Counted from the first letter of the stretch, positions 27,201-42,000 are shown. The stretch: DNA of 64,000 nt from Fimbriosthenelais zetlandica (GCA_977030845.1 OZ365109.1:59582001-59646000), one strand, 5' to 3'. Notes: generated by a model from the sequence alone, not told the origin. Translations and numbers: made by a program.

Positions 27201-30200
27201 CCAAATCGCATGTGAAGTGCCAGAAATAGAGCGCCCTGAGAAAATAAGCAGGGAGCAGGACCGATGCTGCATGGCCATCCAGTTAGCATGATGTTAATTA
27301 GTTGTCTACCCATACCCAATGGGAGCCAGGGCAGGTTCGACGGATGTTTGATTTCCCTGTATTATCCTAATTCGTCATCAGATGCCATGATGAGGAGGAA
27401 TCCCGCCTGAGAGGAGATGGGTTAAAATAGGATTTTGATAACTGACGCCTCTTAGCCGTGCTAACCCTCAGATGGGTATCTATACTGTGAATTGATATTA
27501 TAGACTACAAGTGTATTTTTAGACTGGCTAGACCTTGAAAAATGACAATACTTTGGAGACACTGAAGAAGTATTTGTCACACTGCGGGCTTTTAATGATT
27601 GTATTCCTTTTAGGTCTTATATAAAAGTTTCTATTGCTATTCGTATATTATAATTATGGGAAAGTATGCGTATATTATTATAACATAACAATATGTACAC
27701 GTATTATAACATTTTACTTGATGGTGATGTCCTTAACAGTAGTAGGAGTAACAGTCTCCTTTTGACATCAGAAAAAATGACATTGTTAATCCATTTACAT
27801 GAAAAAATCTTGTATTGCTCAGTTGAACGGTACACGCCCTATGTCTAAAATCGTAGATAGAAAACATTGAGATGGAGATGCTTATAGAAAGAGGTCAGCT
27901 AAATATTTGTGCTCTAATGTGATTTGTTCTGCCCTTTGATATCCAAGCTACAGAAGAACTTTTGAATTGATTTTCTTTTCCTAGAGATGCTCCGTTGTAC
28001 ACATTTGATAACAGTCACGTCAAAGTGACAAAACATCAGAGCCAGGAACAACAGAAGTGAAGGAGAGTGATGCCATTCACACATCCATGTATTCATTCCT
28101 ATAGTCAATGCGTGAGATAAGACAAGACTAAAATTCTCTTTCTGAGCGTAGCATAAGATATGATATTATGCTGAATCAGGTTACGCCTTCAATGATACAA
28201 GCAATGCAAGAGGTTAATGATATAATTATGTTACCAGTATAGTAAAAACTTACTCGTACAATATACTTGATTTAAGATGGCATTTCTGTATGATTATGCA
28301 TACATATTATGTGCTTATGTATTGCACAGGGCCCAACAACAACCAGTCAGTGTGTGCCCTTTGAGGTGAGTCCGGACGAGTGTGAGGTCTGTTTAGATGT
28401 ATGATGAAAGGCCCCATTTCCATGACACAAGCATACCATGCAAGGCTAGATGACCTGCCATAGGTTTGCACTAGCGCAGGTGGTCATTGTCTGGGAGGCC
28501 GAAGCTGATGTCTGACGGGTGACAGGCCCACCCTGGAGGCAGGTGTGTGGTCCTTCCACTAGCCACTCCTCCTCCAGTGCCCATGTCACAGTCTTCTCCG
28601 GGGTTGTAAGTCATGGCCCTGGCCTACTCCTCCTTCCCCTCTCATCCACACACTTCCTCCCCAAGAAAACTCAAGTCCATTATTAAAAGCTAAACCTATA
28701 TAATATATCATACAAATTATTGTTATACTGTTATATACTGGAAATATTAGTCATTTGTAATAGTTGAGAATCTCTTCGTAATGCATAGAGTAAAAGACAT
28801 TACGTTTAGGTACAGTCCAGGAATGAATATACACATGTAATCAAAGTGTTTAACACTGCTTCAACGTTTGTCTGAGATTTATCTCTGATCTCACGGTCTT
28901 TTTCAGATGCCTCTATGTGGGGTGAACAAAATGTTTCTATATATGATACGTTTGTTTCTATTTTAACACCCAATTCTCTCCATAGCGAGCTCTCTGGCTT
29001 TGTGGCAAGACATGAAATAAGGCTTTGAAGGCGTATGTACCCATATAGAATATACTTAGCATGGGAAGAGGGAAACAATAAAGTACGGGAGTGCTAAATA
29101 TTTCATCCTACGTCTTTATTTTGATATGACCTCCGGATCTTAAAGAAATATTTTAGTTGAATTGCTAATAATTTTATGTATGTTTGCTCCTGGGACATTT
29201 TCTGTTTGCATTGAAATCTGAATTGAATCTCTTTTTAAATGGGAAAGGCCTGGTGGGAGATGGCTGAAGGATACCTGCCACTCAACAAACCGCTGAAGAA
29301 AGCTAGATGATGGATGGTCTTGGCAGACACTGCTACTGTCGTGATGATGGTGGCCGATTTATTGTCACTCAATCAACATCACACGGACCACCAAACCACT
29401 GCCATTTTCCTGCGCCTGGCAAAATAGGTCCACCTCACCATGGTCACGCCAAATGGACTCTTGATCTGCTCTGTGTGTTTTCTCAAAAACCTATCAAATC
29501 CGGCCTTGAAATCGTGGGTCAATCGGATCGTAAGTATTAAGGGTCTCTGCTCAGTGACAGTTATAAAGCAAGAGCGGGGTGATCGTGTCTGTGACAAGGG
29601 AGGGCAGTGGGGGAGAGGGACAATCTTGTCGTGTGACTTAACTAGGATGAGGTGAGATTCTATATTGGTGAGGGAATCAAGCAGCCAGTGTTCTTGGCTG
29701 AGACTGGTGTGACTGACATGAAACATAGGGCCCAATTTCCCACAGGTCTGCTCGTATCGACAGACAGGCCACCGATGGAATAAATTTTCCCTCCTCTGCA
29801 CTGCCTTCTCTGTCAGGAAGCATTGTGGCACTTGAAGACCAATATGAATACAGGGAAGCTGTGATCAATAGTACAAGGCCTACTGTTTCTCGGTGGGAGA
29901 CTCCCAGCAGTTGCTGTTGGTGAGGTTCTCATTCAACTGAACCGGACCAGAAGCAGCCAGCCTATGGCTGGCATAACATGCAATACTTGACTAGCCCATC
30001 CAGTGAAGCTTCATTAAGGCTAATGGTGCTTGATAGCATGCCCATTGATTGATGCCACACTGCCACTGATGTGCATCTGATAAACTCTTTCCGGCTCTCA
30101 GGCCTTTTATAGCAAATCCTTGTTGTTAATGATATTTCATGGAACGCCCCCATATCACCTGGTGTAAATGCCTGGGGAGCCTTATGTTTATCACATCATC

Positions 30201-31149
30201 ACACCCTTACACATTATTATTGGTCTACCTCATGGCACAATATGGCCTTTCAGACCATAATCCATAGTTCACAAAATAATATGAGCTGTATGTAGCCTAC
30301 ACGTAACCCATCCAGTCACAGACTTTTCAACTATAGTGAGCTTTTGCCCTAAATTCATTTACTTTGATATTGTTATCGGAGAAATGACGACAAGACAATT
30401 ACAACAAAATTCTTGGCGGTTTTGTAATTTTATTCTCGGCAAGCCTCAATATTTTGCATATTCTGCCTCTGGGAATAATATCGAATCGAACATGTCTACC
30501 TGTCTGCACCAGTAGCTTTGTTCATTCTTCGGCACTTAAAGTCCGCGCAATTAAATCTGCCATTGTTTATTTTCTCGCGTTTTACAAAGAAATGAAATGA
30601 GCTTGGCACATTCATTCAGTTTATCACTGACAATTTTGTCATTGTTCTACATTCACTTAATATTTTAACCTGAACAAGATTTTCATGCTGAGAGACAACT
30701 CATGCAATGTCTTTGCTGAATGTTAATGGGTAATAAATGAGTTGAAAACTAAATATAATTTTCGAGATGTCTTGAAAGTAATAGGTAATAGGTAACTGGT
30801 AATACATGTACATCAGTCAGATGTTGTTTCAGGAGATAAAATGGAGGTAATTTCAAACGAAATGGTGATTTGAGTCTACCATATATATAAGCCCACAAAT
30901 AGTTCAATGATTTATACCTGTCTAGTAGTAATCTAAACTTCAAAGGATTAGTGTTCTGATAGCCTTAAGGCAGATAGTCTGGTCGTTTTGAATGCTTTCT
31001 TCCACCGTTTGTGTGAGTAGCAGTGGTTGTGGCAGCAGTATGGAGAGCAATGGGCATAGCCAGCCTACCTCTTCACTATACGCTACACCAGTTTAAAGCT
31101 CCATCTTCACGCCACAATCAGATGCTGTGAAATGAGGTGCTTATCGTGA

Positions 31150-32100
31150 AGCCCGCTGAGATACCAGTCTAGTATTATCACCCCATCAAGGAAGCACACC
31201 ACCCTCTTACCAAACAGCCTGGGCCCCCCTCTCTGTCTCCAAACATTCCCTTTCTCCCCCTCTTTCCCCTCTCCTCCCTCTCGTTCAGGATTCACTCCAC
31301 GCCCCACCATCGGGACCCAGCTCCAAATTCACAATGCCACACAAATCGTGGCCAAGATTAAATCGAGATTATTCACCCTGCCTTGCACTACTCCCTGGCT
31401 GGCTATATTTCAGCTGGCTGGGAGAGTATGGAAGGGACAGCCCTGGAGCGCTGGAATTACGGGCGGGGAAGGTCCAGACTGGCGAGGTACCCACAGACTG
31501 CCTGCATTGCATGATGTTTTCCTCCCTATAGACTCAACTTTAAAAGCTTGCCACATTTATCTTCATATATACATGAGTTTACCAGCAGCTGGTCACCTAG
31601 CCACACACCACTTTCCCACCGTGTTTTCCCTCTCCAGCCACATTAGCATGGCTTTAAAGTGCCTTGAATGGCTGCTTTAACTAAAGGTTTGACCCGTCCT
31701 GCTCCCTCAACACCTCACAGAGACTAGCCTCAACACGACACTCTATTGTTATACTACTAACAGGCGACTGGTCACCGCCCCTACACTTATCCATAATAAA
31801 TGCCTGCACAAGGTCCCAACAAGCTGGTACTGGGGAAGCCTGTGATTGGGTCATTCAGTTTTCATGGGAGAACATCATATCTAACCGATGGGACCACCAG
31901 ATTCTGTCCACTACCGCTATGCCAGTTCATCTGTATCTAAGCAGATGAGGATCGTGCGCGAAGGGGGACATCAGTTTTTATTTCCGATAAGAATCCTTCT
32001 TTTTGTGGCTTTTTATTGAGGTGTGGGGATGGAGATATCACCCTGAAGCATGACATGTGATGAGGGAAACACCTTAACCAAGGCTCTTTTCTCGTGTTCC
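31150..32100 (+). pseudogene. Eroded non-LTR (L2/Rex1/CR1-group) RT N-terminal fragment
   Basis: A stop-free frame at 31150-31680 carries IVAKIKSR, EGPD, LKAC and SLSSHISMALKCLEWLL (~ALTSHIMKCLERLV). Later SYLTDG (31875) and NQGSFL (32076, ~PQGS.L). Confidence 0.5.
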
Positions 32101-33007
32101 TTGCAATTTCCCCCCACATGCATGTCATTGATACATGACCCTTACTTCAGTAACAGGAGGCCAGCCCTCTTCACATTCTGATAGTAATAAATATATCCTA
32201 TATCATGGCCAAATGAAATTAAATAATTATATTGCCTATAGTCTGATATTTTACCTTAATATATCCGATATATTGTGAATATGGGACTTAATAATTGTTA
32301 TGAAAGACTTCCTGGAAGTTATAATATCAGCTAGCCTATACATAATTAGTTTCAATCCATAGAGATATATTTGTGATAGCCTTTTCCTCAATATAGCCTT
32401 TTCCACAGTGTAATTAGCTAATTGTTATTTGCAATAATACATGTTAGCCTTAACAAGCACAGAGACCTATTTGGCTAATTAGGTAATAAATATTTCCTTT
32501 TCAACAATGCTTAGCAATTAAATAAGCCTAATGAGGGAAAGCGGCGTTAATTAAATCATGCCCGACAATATTAGCCTTTGCATTATACTTTAATCACTAA
32601 TGGTGGTAATGCTGGCTATGCAAACTGTGGTATGAACTTAAAGCATCTGAATGTGAATTCAAAAACCACCTTATTTTTTCATGGAAAATAATATATTATA
32701 TATAATATTATAAAAACAACATATTAATATAAACAAGAATATGAACCTAAATGATAATACTACGCTGAATTAGGATGTCTAAATATATCTATTCAGCCCA
32801 GGCCAGAGTATTTTGGGGTAATCATTAGTCACCAGAATGATTGGCAACTTCACTATCAAGAGAGAAAAAAACTTTGACAACTCCTCTCCGCTGGAAGATC
32901 CATTATCAGCTTTTCGGACTAACAGCTAGGATCATCTTAATGATGATTCCTCCTCCAGATTCTGCCACTCGCCTGTCAGCCTTGTGTGGACGAGCCATTT
33001 CCCTCAT

Positions 33008-33340
33008 TGTTTAGACATTGACAAATCTTTTGCTATTGCTGGCTGGTTAAAATGGTTTTAATTAGAAACCCGATTGGCGTAATGAGACGGTGGCTAAACT
33101 CTTTAATTAGATAATGAGAGAGCTGGAAATTGACGAGCAGTTGGAATGATCCGGCCAGAGGCTTGCCTGCCAGTTGTAGAGGCCTTAAGTAGACAGGAAG
33201 GAACATCCCCATAACACTACAGACATGGCTGACGACCAACTTCCGGTCCTAGAGATGAGCGATAATAGAGGCTCTCAGCTTGTAGTTCCACCCCGTTTGT
33301 CTGACATTCTGATTGGCCTCAGGGTAAATATGGCACATCC
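33008..33340 (+). pseudogene. Eroded LINE RT core fragment
   Basis: CLDIDKSF..W (~LD..KAFD.V.W), then MADD at 33225-33236 (~YADD), then GLRVN (~GL.VN..K), in the expected order. Confidence 0.5.
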
Positions 33341-36119
33341 TCTCCTGCACTCTACACTAGAGTGGGTGCCTGTAATGAATTATGGTCGCCAAGAACAAAA
33401 CAAACCATAAACCATGCTCAGTTATGCCTAGCTAACACCATGTAGGCCAATATGCCTGTCAACCTGACGGAAGACACTATTAACTGAAATCATTTTAGCG
33501 ACTGCCTATGGAAATTTCTTCGACAATTGTTGCGAAGTTATACATACATAAGCTTTTCCTTCTTTTTCTATTCTTTCTCCTTGCCATTCCTCAATTTTTC
33601 TCCTAGAATTTCGTTATTTATCCTGTCCTCTTTTCAGCCATTTTCTGAATATCTCTCACGAGAACAAACTTCCCAACTGTACAGTTCGAGTTGGGAAGTT
33701 TGCTCTCCGGGAAATATACTGTCTATCAGTATTCAACGTAAATTCAAGCTTTTGTCTTGATGATACTTTAAGTCCAGAATCTAGAATCTTCAAGTATACT
33801 TCAAGTATTTGATAGAAAGTCTTCTCAAACATTTGTGACGCCACATTTCCTTATGACCTTTCAATATAATACACGACTGAGTGTCGCTCAGGTTTTATGC
33901 ATTTGAATTTCGTTTTCGTTTCCTGTTTGTACTATTCCTTTGTCTCAATTTCCCCCAAAAGCTTTCCTAATGAAAGAACAAAATCCAATTGCAGCATATT
34001 CACACAAGACAATTGATGTTCTGCCTGAAACGTTCAGTTGTAGTCTACCCCCTGCGGTCTTTTATCCACATTTCTTTGGAAGTTTTGATTTCGTTTGACC
34101 CGATCTGGAATTAATATCTAAACATTACAATGTCAGTATTGATAAGAAATAAAAGCCAGACGCCAGGCGGCGCTTTCTTAAACGATTCGTGGCTGGAAGC
34201 GTTGTTATGAATCATTTAAGCAGGCATGGGCCAACTGCAGCCCGGATAAAAACTGGTCATGACCATTCTCGTATTAATCTCAATTTGATATCTGAGTCGA
34301 ATCAATTTCTCATAAAACTCTGGTTCTGATCAACTGGGTGTTCTGCCAGTTTGTCAGTTTACGCAAGTCCCGGGGAGGGATGGTCTTTGATAGCGCATAG
34401 GGCCGTCAATAGTCGACCCCCAAAGGCCAGGATAACCAGCCTTAAAGGATGGTCTCAGTGTGTTAATTATGTTATCCCTATTGTAATCTTGTCTATCCGG
34501 ACCTTCATGGCATGCCCCTGAAGATTATCATTGGCTTGCCCATGTCCAGAGGGGTTATGACTCAGAAGCCTGTTGGTAGGCAATACTGTGGGCAACCCTC
34601 CACTTCTGTCAACAATCGATCGCTATCACCACCAATAAATATTTCTCTATTGGAGCTCCGGGACTAATGAAGATGTCAATGGAAACATGTGACAGTCACC
34701 ATCTGTACAAGACTAAAAACATGAGGATCCATTCATGTGGCGAGGAGGGCCACGCAAGCTCCACAAGGCTTGGCCCATCCATCAATAGCCTTGTATCTAT
34801 GGCGGAGGAATAGAAGACACGAGAACATGCATTTAACAAGGTTATGTATTGTCCTAGGATAATACCTTGGTATGCCACTAATACATACCCCATACATTCC
34901 TAATCCACATTATGAATATCCCTCAGCTGTAGGGCCACATGGAACAAGCTTCATCTACAATTGATTTTTCATTACACCAGGATTATGACCTTGATTTATT
35001 GCTGTTTTCTATATGGTTGCTCATTTGTATTTTTCTTCCCTGAGAGGAATAATTAGGTTAAGGAAACCCGCGATTGCATATGGTACATAGCCTATGGGAC
35101 TCAATTTGCATGATGCATAATCCTATGTTGCTGACAAATATACCCATGAATTTTACAGCATTCAATATACATCCTGAATATTCATTAAAATGACATGAAA
35201 CTGGAGAAACAAGCACTGAAGTTTTGCCATCGATTACGGCAATTCTCATGAACATGGCCATGGATGATGTATTATAATATTATGACTACTGTGTCAGTGT
35301 CCATATTGCATCATTATTCTATCCTTAATCATAATAATATTTAATATTTCATGACTCTATAATGGATAGAGTTTATCCATTTGCTATGAAGCATATTCAC
35401 ACCTGTAACCTATAAGTCTATCCCACATTATCAGCCCTGTCCCAATTTGCAGCTGCTTCGTCAGCCTAAGAGATATTAATATTTAAACGATACAGAAAAA
35501 ATATAGTTGAACATCTATGGTAATGTAAGAAAGGTCACAAAGCTCTACAGCTTTGGGTGCAGTTTATAAAGCCACTGTCAACAGCACAAAGAAGCGTCGT
35601 CCGTAACCTTAAAGTGTCACTGTCACAGGTATTGTGAAGAGATGGAATTAGTCCAAAGGAAAATTATACTGTACATTCTATCTCGTTCTGCTTTAATATT
35701 CTTTCCTGTCGTTTAGAAAGTCTCTGATGACGGGTCTGAATGACATGAGTTATTCGGAATGCAACCGTTCATACTATGTCAATCAAATTGATGATGAAAG
35801 ATTGATTCGCTCAAAATTAACTTTGAAAATCCTTGCATCATGTACAATGAATATGTTGAATAATGTGGACTCCTTGTTTTATGGGTACTTCAGTCATTGG
35901 TGCATGAGAATATTGTCATATTGCTTCAACTTAAGACATTCACTTTATGAAAGCTTGTAAGTGAGTTGTATAACATGTATAAAGCCGCCTATACCCTTTA
36001 GTTATGATAATCTCAGTCTATCAGCTCCTAAGCTCCTTATCTGATAACTCCGAACGAACTTGACTTAAGGTCGGCCATACTTCTCCAGACGTATGCCACT
36101 CAAGAGAGCATTAAGCTTA

Positions 36120-36575
36120 TCAGGTCCTGGCAGAAGTCGGCATTACAAAAACCCTGTCAGACCACACACCCCGATAAAGTGATTTAGATATATGACCCAA
36201 CACTTCTTGTCATTTGCCAGCTCTCTCTATCAATCGAGATTTTCCACTGATTCATCATTTTTACTTTGATGATTGGATGCCAAGTTTCCATAACATTTGG
36301 CAGCAGGGAATGCTGATTAAAAATAGGAAACATTGCTTTGGAGACCATGTTGACTTAAACTGGGTGACGTTACACATCTGTTTAGGGAATCAATATTTAC
36401 TGATTTCAGATGTTTACTTCTATGGCTTCCCCATGCCTTCCGCTTGGATGGAACAATAATCATTTGATAATTTTAGTAAGAAAAATGTATTATATTACCT
36501 CCCCACATTGAGTTTAATGTAAATTGTAGGGAAATGATAAGCCTTCTGTTTCTGTCAAAATACAACACAATGGTT
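36120..36575 (+). pseudogene. Eroded piggyBac-like transposase fragment
   Basis: GRSRHYKNPVRP (~GR...QY...KP), HHFYFDDWMPS (~H.Y.DN...S), KNRK, then KPSVSV / YNTM across a frameshift (~KP..V..YN..MG). Confidence 0.4.
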
Positions 36576-38099
36576 TTATTTCTAAGCAAGTACTTGATGC
36601 ACTCTGCACTGTTTTCAGCATATATTGGGCCAATTGCATTAAAGAATCTCAGTAACTACATCAGGAATTCTGCAATGCTTCAGGCTTGAAACATATAGGA
36701 CATCACTGGGATGCTCTGAAGGGAAGAGTGGCATGAGACTTAGTTCAAGGTCTTCATTATGCACGTACCCAATAATATGGTAACAAAGAAGTAACGTGTC
36801 CCACACGAAAGACATAATGTAGGTGTAATGGATTGTATGCAATGGATACTCACAAACATAATTATGTAATGCATTGTGATGGAAGCTGAAACCCATGTGA
36901 AATGTATCCCTTTACCTGATAAGGAGTAAACAAATTGAAGTTGGAATATGTGGATTGTGCTAATCTATATTATATGGATTACTGGGTGTCCAGGCTCAGC
37001 AAACCTAATTCAATCAGGCGCAAAGTAATTCTGCCTGGGCTCTCGAAACAATTGAAGCAATGTCCTGACTCTTTCATTTAGGCACCAATTACAGAGCTAT
37101 TAACACTGCGGTTAACCTTCCCACCAGCATCAGTGGCGCAACAATGAATACTAAGTACGAAGACCGCCTTGGCAACACTAGGCAAAACGGATGTTGAGGC
37201 TGACATGTATGATTATGCCACTCGTAGGAAAGTGGTGCACATGACAGCCATAGCGTGTTGAAAAGTTGGCATATTTCTGCCCAACTGTTTGAGCCTATGG
37301 CTATTTCCTCTCTAAGCCGTATCCTCCTCTATCATTTTCCGTTATCGCATACTGTTTCCACATAGAAAATACAATTTACACTTTTCACTCCTGCATGCAT
37401 ATTTGACAACACGTGTACACTGTTTACTGAAGTGGAATCTGAGGGAAGGGGCTGTAGAATAATATTTAAGCAATCCTGTATTAAGTATTAACATTGATTT
37501 TTCTCATCCTGATTATAATCAGTTCATCGTTTTAATCTTTGTGTAGCACCTCCCATATAACTTGTAATGTCATAGTATCAAAGAGTACTGGACCAGTATC
37601 TTAAATAATAGTATCCTGAAATTATCTTCATGTATATACGTGAGTATTCTCAATTGAGAAGTCCGTGTTTGTTTCTGTTTAATGGGGTTTAACATAATTG
37701 AGAAATCGCTAGGCTAAAGTTACTTCATTGGTAACTGGACGACAGAGTACATTAGTTCTTTATAGAGTATTAAATGACAATCATGGGAGATCCGAGCCCA
37801 GACCAATCATATGTCATATATATTATCTAAAATAACCTTTTTGCCCTACCATGGCATGTTGCCTACCCATTAACACGCCTAATACCAATTGGCCAATGTA
37901 GTGCACAATCTCTGTAAAAAAAATCCTAGTATTAGCACATCTGAGATACAAGTTGACAGCCCAACCCGGGCCCAGCAGCCAATTAGATACTGTGATTCAA
38001 TAACTGTGTTTCACACTGTTTGACTAAGAGTTAAGTCCCATCCAAAGTTCCCCTGGAAGATTGACTCAGCTGGGATGAACTTTATCTTATTCAGTACTT

Positions 38100-38560
38100 A
38101 TCTTATCAATACCGACGTCTGACAACTCTTCTGGCAGTGACACCCAATGAGTCACTGCATGACTCTTGCGTAGACATTGAGCCATGAGAGGTGATCTTTT
38201 TGGATTTCTCCAATATTCCCTCTGTTTGGAGCACTTGACAAACAGAGTCAATCGCCTTGGTTTCCAAGAGGGTGGCTTTCCTCAATGAATCAACGCCTTC
38301 CTAACCGAATGCAAACCATTTGTCCATGTTGGCCATGGTCATGGTTTTCAAGCCCTGAAAATGTGTTGGACAGATAAACTATTTGATGGTCCTTGGGGAG
38401 TCCCCGGGACTGGATCTGCCTGATTAAAAGGAAGTCCCCCTCACTAAATATTGGATCGGCATTTTTGTATTGGATTATTAGCCACTGCTGTTGGAATTCA
38501 GTTTCAGTGGAAATCCATAAGACATTGTTTGCCCCCAGGAACAAAAATCTGTTGAACAAG
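38100..38560 (+). pseudogene. Eroded CR1/L2-type LINE RT fragment (clearest relic)
   Basis: LHD...EVIFLDFS (38188-38211), RLG..G.P.*INAFLT (W codon changed to TGA), WGVPG.GS (38397), TLFA (~LFADD), all in canonical order. Confidence 0.65.
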
Positions 38561-39000
38561 CGTGTCGTCTTTAAAATATTCATGATAATCATTGCCTTTG
38601 TGATCAGGTAATTTGCATTCGGGTTAATCATATTCTAAATCATGTTTAGGGAAGGATATGAAATGTCAAAGACATTACACATTGTTCAAGATAATTGTTT
38701 TTAAGATCTATGTTTTTCAATTGTAACAGGACATCAATAACTTGGCGGGAATAATGAAGTGTTTTTATTCACCTTTCGACCATTACTCTTTTATTTCATA
38801 TTAAATTAGAAGGTGCTGAATGCCATTTCATAAACTTGAAAAAGGCTAATGGCGCATTTCCCATGAAAAAGCTCAGACGATGGTCCATTCACAATGGACT
38901 TGTAACCAGTTTGTGCTATTGTGTTCCAAAAATAAATGTGTAATTTAGTAATTCCCCAAAGAGCTACTTCTCTCGTACATCTGCCATCCAGCTCTCCTCA

Positions 39001-39061
39001 CCCCAACTCCCCCATCCCCAAACAACCCCACTCCCCCTGCCACCCCCCACAACTCTCCCCC
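39001..39061 (-). other. Potential G-quadruplex / i-motif tract
   Basis: Seven runs of 4-6 C within 61 nt on the + strand, with short loops. Confidence 0.55.
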
Positions 39062-42000
39062 AACCGCCTCTCTACACTTCCAGCCCTTCTGACCAGCTAG
39101 TTCCCTTGACGCACATGTAGCCCAGTTTCCTCCCATGTAACAGATGTAAAGCTTATATATCAGTGTTAAGGAAATTTTACGGTGTCTGTCATATAGTGAT
39201 AGCACGAAAGTTAGGTGCACAATACCAACAGGATGTTGATGTACATGTATTGTTGTATACCATGTACTTCTATGATACCCGGATGTACAAGAAGCGTTGA
39301 AAGTCATGTTACATATATGTAGTCTGTTATGTTGACATTAGGTATGTGGTATGTTGACATTAGATCACTTGCCATAAACACATATACATCTTTTAATGTC
39401 TCTCTTAAAAACAATAAATTCATAATATATATACTATACGTTCATATTGGCCTCATACAATTATTACTTTTATTAGGCCTAAATCAGTCAGGCAGGCCAA
39501 ATATAATATTACTATTACTAAAATCAGCAACAGATCGTATGACTACAAAACAGTCCAAATCCTCGGGAACAAAGAGAGAATATCAGAAAGATGGTGCCTT
39601 GATAAAACCTGGTTATTCTTACGATATTTTACGACATTAGTGGGAATTCAAAGATAAGTGTATAAATTGCCTGAAGACAAATGTATACAAATGACGTCTT
39701 CAGCTGGTTGTAAATGTTTTCTATTGTTATTTCTGAGCTGGCAGGACATGACATAATGACCGGTACATGTATTACTATACTGTGCAATACAGTCAACATT
39801 AAGGACAAAAAGAGCTCAACTGTTTAGAAAGGCCCTCCTCGCCTCACCATCTGCTATTCTTTTTTATTCACAGCTGCTAAGCTGAGACTACCTCAAGATG
39901 CTGGCTGTCTCACATTGTTGGAGGAAGCGAGTGTTCCCCTAAAGATAGCGAGGTGATTTTTCACACCTACCCTTCCACCTGGGACCCTCAAGGATCGTGC
40001 TTTGCACCTAGCCTTTCCAATGAACAAACCACCACTGGCGGAGGTGCTGGAGAAAGAGGAGGAGGGGGAGAAAGGAGTGAAGCTTAGCTTTTAGCTTTAG
40101 TGGCAAATTATAATGATTAGATATAGGCGCCCGCAAGTGCCCAAAGGGTATGTCTTTAATTATTTAGGACTTGTGGGGGTTGAGTCTGCCACAGCAGAAA
40201 CAGTCGCACGAATTGGTTGCAAAACAATGCTTTACTTGCACACAAATGTCCGCTGTCCGTGGAGCAAGACCAATAATGTGAGGTATCACGAGAGGCTAAT
40301 TCAATAATACACGACATAAACCCAGGTTCAGCAATAAACAAGACCCCAAACGGAAAATAAACCGCCCTTAAGAATTAATTAGAAGGTGTGATAGAAGCCT
40401 GTGGCCATTACATGGTTAGATTTGATAGGAATATTAAGGGGTTAATCATCCGAATCACTTTTCATATTTTATTAATTAATTATCCTTATGTCCCACTCGG
40501 AGGAGTGGAGTGACCCTTACATGACCCCTTGTAGGATAAATAATGAAGGGATGAATCAACTTTTTCACAGGTGTGGCGCTGTGATAATCTGCTATTCTGG
40601 GGATCCGTTAATCAAACCTCTCAGCAGATTTCTCCCTGGTAAAGTAAAAATATAATATATTGTAAATAAAGTATTCTTATATTTTCACTCGATATATTTT
40701 TAATTATCCTTCAATCATTTTTCAACTATCTGCCATTTTGATTTGGTTAATTATGGTACATTTCTTTTTTTCAATATTATATTTTCAAATGGGTTCTATG
40801 AAACCTATTAAAGTACCATAAGAATGTCGATGTGAAACCGATGTGGTTTGTATTACCTTTAGAATGACTCTTCAGAAGTGAGCAAATTACGATTATATTG
40901 ATTTGTTAGTTGACAGAGTTGGAATATTAACGAGGCCCTTAAAGCTACTTGGCTTCCGCTAAAGTTGAGTGTTTGATGCAAGCCGAGAGCTAATACCTCC
41001 GTTGAGAACCAAGTAATTAGATCAATATGCAGCATATCGCATGTCCTCAATCAACCGTAAGCTCATTTTTCTAAATCCATTGGATTCCCCGAGGACAGTT
41101 GGATCCATTTGCGCATCTGCACTACTGTATATAGATAGGACAAGCTGGGAAGGTTAACACCTTTCCACACAATAGATTATTAGATCATTTTTTGAAGTAT
41201 ACCTTCATGGCTTTAGTATCAACATTCGGATGGATTTAATGTGGATGGAAAGTTCTTTTTTATTGCTTTCATTCAAACTAGAGAGGTGAGGCCTACATGT
41301 AATAATGTAATAGGCTTTACTTTTGATGACTTAGCCCTGCACCTTAATGTCTCAAAATATGTCCAAGGAGATTAAATGTACCTGGGAAAAAGGTAAATGT
41401 TCATTCCATACAATGTCATGTATTAAAGTGCAAGTCAACACTGAACTGAAGCCGAGAATATCTCTGAATGTCAGATATACATCTAACATTGACGAATACT
41501 CAGGATAATAATCTATTCAGAGAAAAACCTCAGGACGAGGATGTTGTAGATAAGAAATAATTCAGAATATCAAACAATGACGGACCGGATCATGAGTTGG
41601 TTCCCTAAATAAGTGTAGACAAACGGACGGAGGCCACTGGCCAACATTCACCCTGATAACAACTCCCGTTGTTATACTCAGGAGTCCGGGGCAGGAGGTC
41701 ATCAGCGAGTTGCTCCTTGCACTATTGTACTCAGCTACTCAACATTCTGTGCGGGAATCTCTGGTAGGAGTTGGTCTAGCTAGGGGTAGTCACCATGTCA
41801 ACAGGCTTGTGGGGAGCAGGGGACCTCCGCAGCTTTAGCCCTAAGAGCTTGGCCTTCCCAAGGGCTCACTGAAGGCAGGACGATCACCAAAATCGTCGCC
41901 TCCAATCTGATTAAAGTGCCACCGGGCGGTCAATCATGTCTAATACAGAGACTGATAGGCTGTGTTGTTGGGGTCGTCCTCGCTTACCCTCTATCTCATC

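Noticed and set aside
29379-29831. 150-aa minus-strand ORF with HDFKAGFD
   Set aside because: A single LINE-like word with no following PQG/ADD. The length is compatible with chance in a locally GC-richer patch.
34680-34760. NMRIHSCGEEGH resembling a zinc finger or knuckle
   Set aside because: The required Cys/His ligands are missing.
37090-37200. Minus-strand LPSVAKAVFVLSIH resembling the hAT dimerisation domain
   Set aside because: The ER.FS motif is absent.
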